17,055 bases of DNA from Sulfurovum sp. (lineage in GTDB: Bacteria; Campylobacterota; Campylobacteria; Campylobacterales; Sulfurovaceae), in NCBI GenBank assembly GCA_002733355.1, contig NVVN01000001.1, positions 228,688 through 245,742 of the forward strand. The letters are read 5' to 3'. How positions within the stretch are numbered: the first letter of the stretch is position 1; every line of letters begins with the position of its first letter. Shown here piece after piece: positions 7,321-14,800 of this stretch. A program made the position numbers and the translations under genes. A model generated the notes under the pieces. The model was given only the letters and a program-made list of their open reading frames with translations. It was not told the origin of the DNA and did no database searches.

Positions 7321-8556
7321 ATGACTGTATCTATTACTGAGGCGTTAGATATCATATATAAAAACACCCCTGTACTCAATTTTGAAATACTCCCTATTGA
7401 AAATGCATTAGGACGTATCATACGAGAAGACTGTATGGCGACATTTGATTTGCCTCGTTTTGACAACTCTGCCATGGATGGATATGCCATTAAATACACT
7501 GATGCAGGCACTACGGTCACATGTACCAAAGTCATTTATGCAGGAGATAATCCTGAGATGACTTTAGAAGAAAAAACAGCCATTAAAATCATGACCGGTG
7601 CGCCTCTCCCAAAAGGATGTGAAGCAGTAGTACCTATAGAAGATGTTACGAGCAATGATACACAAATCACACTACCCAACAAGATACCAATACATGCAAA
7701 CTTAAGATATGCAGGTGAAGACATTAAAAGCGGTACAGTATATATACATAAAGGTGAAACAATCACTGCTTACAGCATCGCTTTACTCGCAAGCCAAGGT
7801 GTAACACATATAAGAGTCACACGTCCTGTTAGAGTAGCTGTATTTGGTACAGGAAATGAACTTCATCCACATTTTGACACTATAGAGGCACATCAACTTT
7901 ATAACTCAAATACCCCCATGTTCCTTGCTCGCGCAAAAGAGCTGGGATGCGAAGCACACTATATAGGAAGCTGTGATGATATTATGGATTCTTTAGAAAC
8001 ATCCATCCATTCTGCCCTAAATGATGATATTATCATTACCACGGGTGGTGTGAGTATGGGAGACAAAGATTTTACCAAAGATGCTTTTAAAAATCTTGGT
8101 GCAAGATTTTACTTTGAAAAGGTAGACATTAAACCTGGAAAACCAACAGCCTTTGGCATGATAAAAAATACAGTTATCGTCAATTTACCAGGTAACCCCC
8201 TTGCCTCTATGGTAAACTATGAGCTCTTTGTGCGTGCTATCATACGCAAGCTTTCAGGACGAAAAGATTATCTTCATGACACCATCAAGACTACGATGAA
8301 AAGTAACTTTGTAGTAAAAGGTGGGAAGAATACTGCTGTTCTTGGTACATTTAATGGTAAACATTTTGAACCATTAAAACCTCAAATGCCTGGTATGGTT
8401 TCACCTATGCAAAAAGCGGATGGACTTATTCTCGTTACACCTAATGTAACGATGATTAAAGATGGTCACTCTGTTAATATGATACCGATAAAGTGGGATT
8501 GTTGCAGTATGCATGAAGAGGAATTATTTAGTCAGCAGGGACTTATCTTACTCTAA
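7321..8556 (+). CDS. moeA: Molybdopterin molybdotransferase MoeA
   Basis: LPRFDNSAMDGYA, IMTGAPLP, TGNEL, YNSN, ITTGGVSMGDKDF, IKPGKP and LPGNP motifs. Confidence 0.96.
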   Translation: MTVSITEALDIIYKNTPVLNFEILPIENALGRIIREDCMATFDLPRFDNSAMDGYAIKYTDAGTTVTCTKVIYAGDNPEMTLEEKTAIKIMTGAPLPKGCEAVVPIEDVTSNDTQITLPNKIPIHANLRYAGEDIKSGTVYIHKGETITAYSIALLASQGVTHIRVTRPVRVAVFGTGNELHPHFDTIEAHQLYNSNTPMFLARAKELGCEAHYIGSCDDIMDSLETSIHSALNDDIIITTGGVSMGDKDFTKDAFKNLGARFYFEKVDIKPGKPTAFGMIKNTVIVNLPGNPLASMVNYELFVRAIIRKLSGRKDYLHDTIKTTMKSNFVVKGGKNTAVLGTFNGKHFEPLKPQMPGMVSPMQKADGLILVTPNVTMIKDGHSVNMIPIKWDCCSMHEEELFSQQGLILL

Positions 8557-8577
8557 AGTAAAGAAGATAACAAAATA

Positions 8578-9008
8578 TTAGAGCGTTGAGATATATGCAG
8601 CTACTGCTTTAATCTCGTCATCACTCAGGGGTGCAATTTGACCATTCATCACGATACCCATACCAGCTACATTTCTTGTACCTGCTTTGTAGCCTGCCAA
8701 GGCTTCTTCTAGGTATGTTACTGATTTTCCTGCTATTATTTCTGATTTACTAAGTGCTTTTCGTTCAGCATTTACTCCATGACATCGAATACATTTAGAA
8801 AATATTACTTTACCTACTGCATTATTTTCTTTAGTGTTCATAGCTACTGTGGCTGACTTAGTAACATCAGTTAGGTCATTTGATGTGGTTTTTTAACTGT
8901 TTCTGTTTCCGTAGATACTGCAAATTTTGGTGATTCTTTAGTCTTTTCATCACATGCGGTGAACAGCATTGTCAACGCAAGTAATGAAAATAATATAACT
9001 TTTTTCGT
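8578..9008 (-). pseudogene. Lipoprotein monohaem cytochrome c (c553-like), split by a frameshift and lacking a canonical start
   Basis: A signal peptide and lipobox (ACG)KKVILFSLLALTMLFTAC lie in one frame. The haem domain with CIRCH and a distal Met region (GMGIVMNGQ) lies in another (8578-8841, frame open from about 8892). One extra A in the A6 tract at 8889-8894 joins them. Confidence 0.75.
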
Positions 9009-9042
9009 GCCCGCTACTTTTTGGGCAGTTGGCTTATTTGCT

Positions 9043-9240
9043 TTAGTGTGTGCTACTCTTGCTTTTTGCTTCATAGTTAACTCGTGCTTCATCAGCAAGC
9101 TTCTTTAAAGCAGCTTGCTGTTCAGGAGACTGTTCGTTATACTCATATGGTGGACGATCCTTATGGTAGTCTGCTCCTCCAATACATCCTGTAAGTATAA
9201 ATGCTACTGCTGCCAATAAAAGTACTGTTATATTCCTCAT
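9043..9240 (-). CDS. Small hypothetical lipoprotein (65 aa)
   Basis: AAGGA SD at 9246-9250 and signal peptide MRNITVLLLAAVAFILTG-C with an LTGC lipobox. Confidence 0.8.
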   Translation of the reverse strand: MRNITVLLLAAVAFILTGCIGGADYHKDRPPYEYNEQSPEQQAALKKLADEARVNYEAKSKSSTH

Positions 9241-9283
9241 GTTTTTCCTTAATATATTAAATTTGTATTATATTATATTATAT

Positions 9284-9865
9284 TTAAACTTTTTTTGGGT
9301 TTATAATTAATGTATGGGATAAAAGTTTTTCCCATAACTTAGTATCTGACCACTCTTTTTTGATTTGGCTTGAAAAAACAATATCTTCAAGTGTGATTTC
9401 ACCCATACGTTTTGAATAGGCATCTTCCTTAAATCCTTGCGCATATCCCGTCTCTGTCTCATGCACAATGATACTATGAAGTGCAACTTCACGTTCTCCA
9501 TTTTGCATATCTGTACATGCTAAAACACGTTCAACCAAAAGATAAATAACCCTTGAAAACTGCTCTGCTGATGGAGAGACAGGAAGCTCTACCCATCTAT
9601 TACTGTGCTGTTTCATGGCTTCTAGATATTTAGCATCATCTTTTGACCACAACGTAATACCATGATCAAAAGAGTCTATAAGTTCTTTGATGTATCGTTT
9701 TGTTAAACCAAAATCATAGACCATCTGACCATTATCAAGATAATTAGATTCAAGTAAAACTTCTATCTTGTAGGAGTGACCATGAATATTTTCAGAACAA
9801 CGTTGTGTCGTACAGTCACGAACGATATGTGCATTTTCAAATTTAAAAAGTTTTCGTATTAGCAT
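9284..9865 (-). CDS. queD: 6-carboxytetrahydropterin synthase, long QueD2-type
   Basis: FENAH...C....C.x4.HGHSY, MVYDFG, DSFDH, SPSAEQ and VHET motifs; 193 aa; adjacent to queE. Confidence 0.9.
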   Translation of the reverse strand: MLIRKLFKFENAHIVRDCTTQRCSENIHGHSYKIEVLLESNYLDNGQMVYDFGLTKRYIKELIDSFDHGITLWSKDDAKYLEAMKQHSNRWVELPVSPSAEQFSRVIYLLVERVLACTDMQNGEREVALHSIIVHETETGYAQGFKEDAYSKRMGEITLEDIVFSSQIKKEWSDTKLWEKLLSHTLIINPKKV

Positions 9866-9906
9866 AATGTGTATCCTTAATTAGGAGTGTAGTTATCTGA
9901 TTTTAT

Positions 9907-10665
9907 CTAAACACCCTGTGTTGTGTCAAATACCCTTATGTGCAGTCTATCACTATAATGAAAATTATGCTTCATGCAAAATTCAAAAACTGCTCTGTCA
10001 TTTTTCCAAATACTATCTCTACTCTCACCTACAGGCATACAATAGACCTCTACATCTGGTAAAATTTCTATAATTTCATTGATTTCATCCAATGCTGTAG
10101 TCTCTACAAGTGCTGTGTCTATAGTAAACTTCAAAAATGCCTCTTTTGCATGGGAGTGAACATTTTTAAGTGCCTGATGATGTAGACGTTTTTGGACTGG
10201 TTCTCCAGAGTTAGCTAACTTTAATGAAAGGGCAAAGGTACAGGCTTTATAAGCGGGGTACCTATTAAAATCTATTTCTATTGTCCCATTGGTCTCAAAG
10301 GTAATTTTTACATCATGCTCTAGCATACTTTTCACTACAGCATAAAACACTTCATCTTTAGCGTACATCAGTGGTTCACCACCGGTTATAACTATATGAG
10401 GTAGGTAGCCAATATTTTCAAACTCATGCTTAAGCTGTGTGATAAGTACATCAGAAGAACTAATCTTTTCCCACGAAGAAGAAAAATGCCCATCTACAGC
10501 AAAATAGGTATCACATCCCAAACGCACTTCACCATTCACTTCGTACTCAGCTCCAAAACCTGGACAAGATAAATTACAACCACCTGTACGCAAAAAATAG
10601 GATGGCACACCTGCATATTTTCCTTCACCTTGTATAGAAAAGAACTGTTCTGTAAGGTAAAACAT
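9907..10665 (-). CDS. queE: 7-carboxy-7-deazaguanine synthase (radical SAM)
   Basis: EQFFSIQGEG, RTGGCNLSC...CDT, ITGGEPL, ETNGT, SLKL and DRLHI motifs. The start overlaps the moaA stop (TGATG). Confidence 0.92.
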   Translation of the reverse strand: MFYLTEQFFSIQGEGKYAGVPSYFLRTGGCNLSCPGFGAEYEVNGEVRLGCDTYFAVDGHFSSSWEKISSSDVLITQLKHEFENIGYLPHIVITGGEPLMYAKDEVFYAVVKSMLEHDVKITFETNGTIEIDFNRYPAYKACTFALSLKLANSGEPVQKRLHHQALKNVHSHAKEAFLKFTIDTALVETTALDEINEIIEILPDVEVYCMPVGESRDSIWKNDRAVFEFCMKHNFHYSDRLHIRVFDTTQGV

Positions 10666-11642
10666 CAGCCACCAGTCTCATAGAAGGCTCGTTTAGAAAT
10701 CTCTCTGTCTTCTAGCTCATCTTCTGACCAACGGTTCTCCTTTGGTTTATCTTTAAGAACCTGTGCCAAGACATCAGCAGCCCCTTGAATATCACCTTTT
10801 TTAACTGATTCAGCAATACTCAGTGCTTCATCAAAATAGAGACAGGGAATAAGATTACCCTCAGCAGTCAGTCTTATGCGATTACAGTTCTCACAGAAAT
10901 CATGTTTATGCGGGTCAATGAGTCCAAACTCATAGTCTAATTCTTGTATAAGGTAATTAAACGAAGGGCTAGCACCCTCACGTCCTAAGGCCTTAATAGT
11001 ATATTTCTCTTTTACTTTTTCTAGTATTTCTCTACCATGCATACCCTTAAGAGCCTGATCTGCATGAACATTTTCCATGTATTCAATAAAACGTACTTTA
11101 ATATCACGTGCTCTACCATAGTCTAAAATATCTAAAATCTCATTATCATTGATACCTTTTAATGGCACCATGTTAATTTTTACTTTTAAACCAACTTCTA
11201 AAGCTTTATCTATACCTTTCATGACTTGCCCTAATACATTTTTCCCAGCAATCTTAGCTGCTACATCAGGCTTCAGTGTATCTAGTGAAATATTCAGACG
11301 TTTAAGACCTGCATCTTTAAGTCTTTGTGCTGCTTCAGGAAGTAAAAAAGCATTCGTTGTCAATGCCAAATCAAGCCCCTCTTTATAATCATTTATCATC
11401 TTAATAAAAGTATCTAAGTCTGCACGTAAAAGCGGTTCCCCACCTGTAAGGCGAATTTTATTTACCCCAGCATCAATAGCGACCTTTACAAATAAAAAGA
11501 GTTCTTCAAAAGTGAGAAGGTTTTCTTTAGGTACCCATGAAAAAGGTTTTTCTGGCATACAGTACTGACATCTAAAGTTACAACGTTCAGTTACCGATAT
11601 ACGAAGATAATTGACTTCGCGACCATGTCCATCTATAAGCAT
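10665..11642 (-). CDS. moaA: GTP 3',8-cyclase
   Basis: [27 protein letters not shown], second cluster motif [20 protein letters not shown] and C-terminal GG. Confidence 0.97.
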   Translation of the reverse strand: MLIDGHGREVNYLRISVTERCNFRCQYCMPEKPFSWVPKENLLTFEELFLFVKVAIDAGVNKIRLTGGEPLLRADLDTFIKMINDYKEGLDLALTTNAFLLPEAAQRLKDAGLKRLNISLDTLKPDVAAKIAGKNVLGQVMKGIDKALEVGLKVKINMVPLKGINDNEILDILDYGRARDIKVRFIEYMENVHADQALKGMHGREILEKVKEKYTIKALGREGASPSFNYLIQELDYEFGLIDPHKHDFCENCNRIRLTAEGNLIPCLYFDEALSIAESVKKGDIQGAADVLAQVLKDKPKENRWSEDELEDREISKRAFYETGG

Positions 11643-11763
11643 TTAAAATCCAATATATAATATTTTAATATCTTTCTTTACTTAGGGTATCTAAAAATTG
11701 ATAAAAATACAGTAAAAAGTACCCTTCATTAAAGGTTTTACTTGAGTTTGTGTTAAGTTTTGA

Positions 11764-11843
11764 TTGAAAGGTGGTGTGAAGTGAAGGAGCTTATTCCTAT
11801 AAGCGACTACAGGAAACACCACACTTCAAGTCGAAGGTGGCGT
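11764..11843. repeat. REP-like nested palindrome downstream of petC
   Basis: TTGAA/TTCAA, GTGGTGT/ACACCAC and an inner GCTTAT-TCCT-ATAAGC hairpin; more GC-rich than the rest of the spacer. Confidence 0.55.
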
Positions 11844-11859
11844 ATAATCATGCGAAAGA

Positions 11860-12846
11860 CTAATGAAGTCCTTTCCACATTGCTTTTTTCCATAGGAACG
11901 CAAGTACTGTAAAGATAAAGAAGTAGAAAAGAACCCATGGCCCTAATGCCTCTCTATGTTTTTTACTTGGATCACCAATTTCAGTTAAGTATTCTTTGAC
12001 CTTTTCATAACCTTCATGTGAAAGTCCAACCCTAGGCATAGATGTACCTGGTAACTGTGTTTGAGGATTTTCAATAAATGTTTCCATGAAATGTTCACCT
12101 CTTGCTCTAATAATCATAGAAAGATCCGGCGGTAATTTACCCATATAGGCTTTCACTGCATCTTGCTCTTCAAGTACTTTTATTTTATGTGCCAATGCAT
12201 CTTTCTCATGCTTGAATTTTGGAGTATCTCCAAGTTGTGTTATATTTGCATAACGCATAGCATGACATCTAGTACATGCTTCAGCAAAGGCTTCTTTTGG
12301 TGTAACTTCACCTGCTTTTTTAGCCATCAAATAGGCTACTACATCTGCGATAGATTGATCATCAGTAAACATAGAACTAACAGACCCCATAGGATGCATC
12401 ATCGTATCTGCATATTTATGATCTACATTTGATGCCATCGCAGGATCTTTTACAAGTGCTATAAGATAATTCTTTTCATATAATGTACCTGCATGTTCAA
12501 GACTTGGAGGAACAACACCACCCATATTTGCAGCACCATCCATATGACAACCCATACACATAGCAAAACCTGCTTCACCAGCAGTCATATTGCCTTTTAA
12601 GGCAGAGATTTTTTTAACATCTGCCCAAAAAGTCTTTTTCTTAGCAACCAATGCTGTATCACCCTTACGTTCAGCTTGTTCAATATCTCCTGAACCGTCA
12701 TAAGCGAAACCACGACTTTCTATTTTAATCTCATTACCTTCAGCATCTACTTTTTTATGCATTTCATGATGTGCATATGGTTCTACTAAATAATACGTCA
12801 ATAATGAAAAGAAGACAACAACTGCTAATACTTTTAATTCTCTCAT
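11860..12846 (-). CDS. petC: Cytochrome bc complex, dihaem cytochrome c subunit
   Basis: Two CxxCH motifs (CMGCH, CTRCH), PPDLS, PGTSMPR and N- and C-terminal hydrophobic segments; follows petB. Confidence 0.93.
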   Translation of the reverse strand: MRELKVLAVVVFFSLLTYYLVEPYAHHEMHKKVDAEGNEIKIESRGFAYDGSGDIEQAERKGDTALVAKKKTFWADVKKISALKGNMTAGEAGFAMCMGCHMDGAANMGGVVPPSLEHAGTLYEKNYLIALVKDPAMASNVDHKYADTMMHPMGSVSSMFTDDQSIADVVAYLMAKKAGEVTPKEAFAEACTRCHAMRYANITQLGDTPKFKHEKDALAHKIKVLEEQDAVKAYMGKLPPDLSMIIRARGEHFMETFIENPQTQLPGTSMPRVGLSHEGYEKVKEYLTEIGDPSKKHREALGPWVLFYFFIFTVLAFLWKKAMWKGLH

Positions 12847-12847
12847 G

Positions 12848-14083
12848 TTATGCTCCTTTCTCTATTTTTTTCTCAAACATTGTAATAACAATCAATATAG
12901 GCCACATCAACAAGAACAATACTGCTGATACCAGTCCGACAAATGCAAATGTTGGATCAGTTGGAGGAAGTTTCCCCATCGCAGTAAGTATAATCATGTC
13001 TACAAGAAGTACCCAGAACCAAATTTGGAAAAGACCTCTTTTATGTGCAGGTGCTACATTTGGACTTCTGTCAAGGAATGGTAATAAGAAAAATACTACT
13101 TGCGCAAAAGCAAAAGCAATCAAACCAATATCCTTAGAAAAAGGTCTCAAAATCTCATATGACCATAAAAAATACCACTCAGGATAGATGTGTGCCGGTG
13201 TACTAAGACCATCTGCCGGGTCAAAGTTTACAGGATCCATCGCAAAGTTAAAGTGGTAGAACACCAAGTAAAAGAAGAGTATAAAGTACACACCCATCAC
13301 AAATAAATCTTTACTTAAAAATACAGGAGAGAAAGGAATAACTTTAGACTCTTTTCTGTTACCCGCTTTCCAAAGTGCTGCTGATTCTTCATAGTCTATA
13401 TCTGCACCTTCTTGATTGTTTACGTGTGGCAATCTAAGTGTACCAAAGTGTAATACTATCAACCCAATAATCACTAAAGGAATAAGTAAGACATGTAACA
13501 TAAAGAAACGTGTCAAGTATGCATCACCGGGAACATAATCCCCTCTAATCCACTCTACTAAACCTACAGCTTCTAGTGATCCTCCAGCAAACAACTCTGT
13601 AATAACCATACCTGCCCAGTAAGACATTTGACCCCATGGAAGCATGTATCCAGAAAATGCCTCTGCAGAGAATGCAACAAAAAGTCCCATACCTGAAAGC
13701 CAAATTAACTCTCTTCCTTTTTTGTATGAACCGTAGTAGATTCCTGTAAACATATGAATGTAAATAATAAGGAAGACAATAGATGCCCCTACACCATGTA
13801 TATGTCTCCATAGCCAACCATAGCCAACTTCAGACATAATAGTGTAATTTACAGAGTCAAATGCAGTTGCTACATCCGGCTTGTAGTACATAAGTAAAAA
13901 AATACCTGATACTAAAAGAATACCAAATGTCGCTGCCAATACCATACCCATAGCCCATAAGAAATTAATATCTTTTGGAATCCAGTACTCAGTATTGAGT
14001 ACTCTCATTAATGTGTTCAGTCCTATACGCTCATCTAACCACTTATTAGAGAATGGTTTAGCGTTTTCATCAAAATGTGCCAT
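12848..14083 (-). CDS. petB: Cytochrome b of the quinol:cytochrome c oxidoreductase
   Basis: GWLWRHIHGVGAS, GYMLPWGQMSYW, RFFMLH and TPAHIYPEWYFL (PEWY). Confidence 0.98.
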   Translation of the reverse strand: MAHFDENAKPFSNKWLDERIGLNTLMRVLNTEYWIPKDINFLWAMGMVLAATFGILLVSGIFLLMYYKPDVATAFDSVNYTIMSEVGYGWLWRHIHGVGASIVFLIIYIHMFTGIYYGSYKKGRELIWLSGMGLFVAFSAEAFSGYMLPWGQMSYWAGMVITELFAGGSLEAVGLVEWIRGDYVPGDAYLTRFFMLHVLLIPLVIIGLIVLHFGTLRLPHVNNQEGADIDYEESAALWKAGNRKESKVIPFSPVFLSKDLFVMGVYFILFFYLVFYHFNFAMDPVNFDPADGLSTPAHIYPEWYFLWSYEILRPFSKDIGLIAFAFAQVVFFLLPFLDRSPNVAPAHKRGLFQIWFWVLLVDMIILTAMGKLPPTDPTFAFVGLVSAVLFLLMWPILIVITMFEKKIEKGA

Positions 14084-14092
14084 TTTTTTCCC

Positions 14093-14605
14093 TTACGCTA
14101 TAAGACCAGCGTCTTTCATTTTTTTAAACTCTGGACCTTCTTCTCCGAGTACTAGCTTTGTTCCGTCAATTTTAAATGGTGGTATAACCAATGGTCCAGG
14201 TGGTGGTCCAAAAATTTGATGTCCACTTGCATCAAATTCTCCGCCATGACATGCACATTTAAACTTATGCTCGTTACCCTGATATGCGGGAATACACCCT
14301 AGGTGAGTACAAAGACCCACAACAATAAGAAATCTATCTTTTCCTATAATAACATCTCTGTCATCTGGTTTCATATCTGCTGATTTTTTCAAAACAAAGA
14401 TAGGTTTACCTCTCCACTTTTCAACGTTAAGTACATTAGGCTGAGCCCCAGATACATCAATTTCAGTAAATCCTGCGGCTGCTACTGATGGTAAAGGATC
14501 CCAAGAACGTTTTGCAGCATACAGTGCGCCTACACCACCTACAGCAGCACATGCTCCAAGTGCCATACCCATAAAGTCTCTACGACCTTTTTCTTCTTCT
14601 TGCAT
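14093..14605 (-). CDS. petA: Rieske iron-sulfur subunit
   Basis: Twin-arginine RRDFMG anchor, CTHLGC and CACHGG Rieske boxes; AGGAG SD at 14611-14615. Confidence 0.97.
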   Translation of the reverse strand: MQEEEKGRRDFMGMALGACAAVGGVGALYAAKRSWDPLPSVAAAGFTEIDVSGAQPNVLNVEKWRGKPIFVLKKSADMKPDDRDVIIGKDRFLIVVGLCTHLGCIPAYQGNEHKFKCACHGGEFDASGHQIFGPPPGPLVIPPFKIDGTKLVLGEEGPEFKKMKDAGLIA

Positions 14606-14639
14606 ATTTTCTCCTAAATAAAGTATAGTTAGTAATAGT

Positions 14640-14645
14640 ATTATA
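14640..14645 (-). promoter_or_regulatory. -10 element TATAAT for petABC
   Basis: Consensus hexamer 34 nt upstream of the petA ATG, followed by an AGGAG SD. Confidence 0.55.
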
Positions 14646-14800
14646 TGAAATTTAGGTTGTAAGGCAGTCTATATACATCCTCTTTTATAGATGTTATATA
14701 CGTTTTTATCTATGGGTGTTACTATTGGTAAGTTCATTTTTAATAAATTTTTTCTAGTTTATGATTTACATAAGTAGAAATTATTATAAATTAAAAAGTT

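Noticed and set aside
8886..8897. Canonical programmed -1 ribosomal frameshift in the cytochrome gene
   Set aside because: The zero-frame codons GTT AAA AAA CCA do not form a properly phased X XXY YYZ heptamer, and I see no convincing downstream stimulatory structure. A6 is also short for efficient transcriptional slippage.
8871..9098. 75-aa ORF as an independent gene
   Set aside because: Its 5' part overlaps the small lipoprotein gene in another frame, and its 3' part is the signal peptide and linker of the split cytochrome.
9866..9906. preQ1 riboswitch for queD/queE
   Set aside because: No preQ1-type stem with an A-rich tail is visible, and queE has no leader because it overlaps moaA.
9284..10665. 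queD/queE as part of a 7-deazaguanine DNA modification (dpd) system
   Set aside because: No dpdA/tgt-like or other dpd genes are nearby, and the housekeeping context next to moaA fits ordinary queuosine synthesis.
11643..11859. Moco riboswitch upstream of moaA
   Set aside because: The spacer is long enough, but I could not find the conserved Moco RNA segments (such as CCUCCCG...GGAAAGG). The structured part looks like a palindromic repeat. A cmscan search would settle it.
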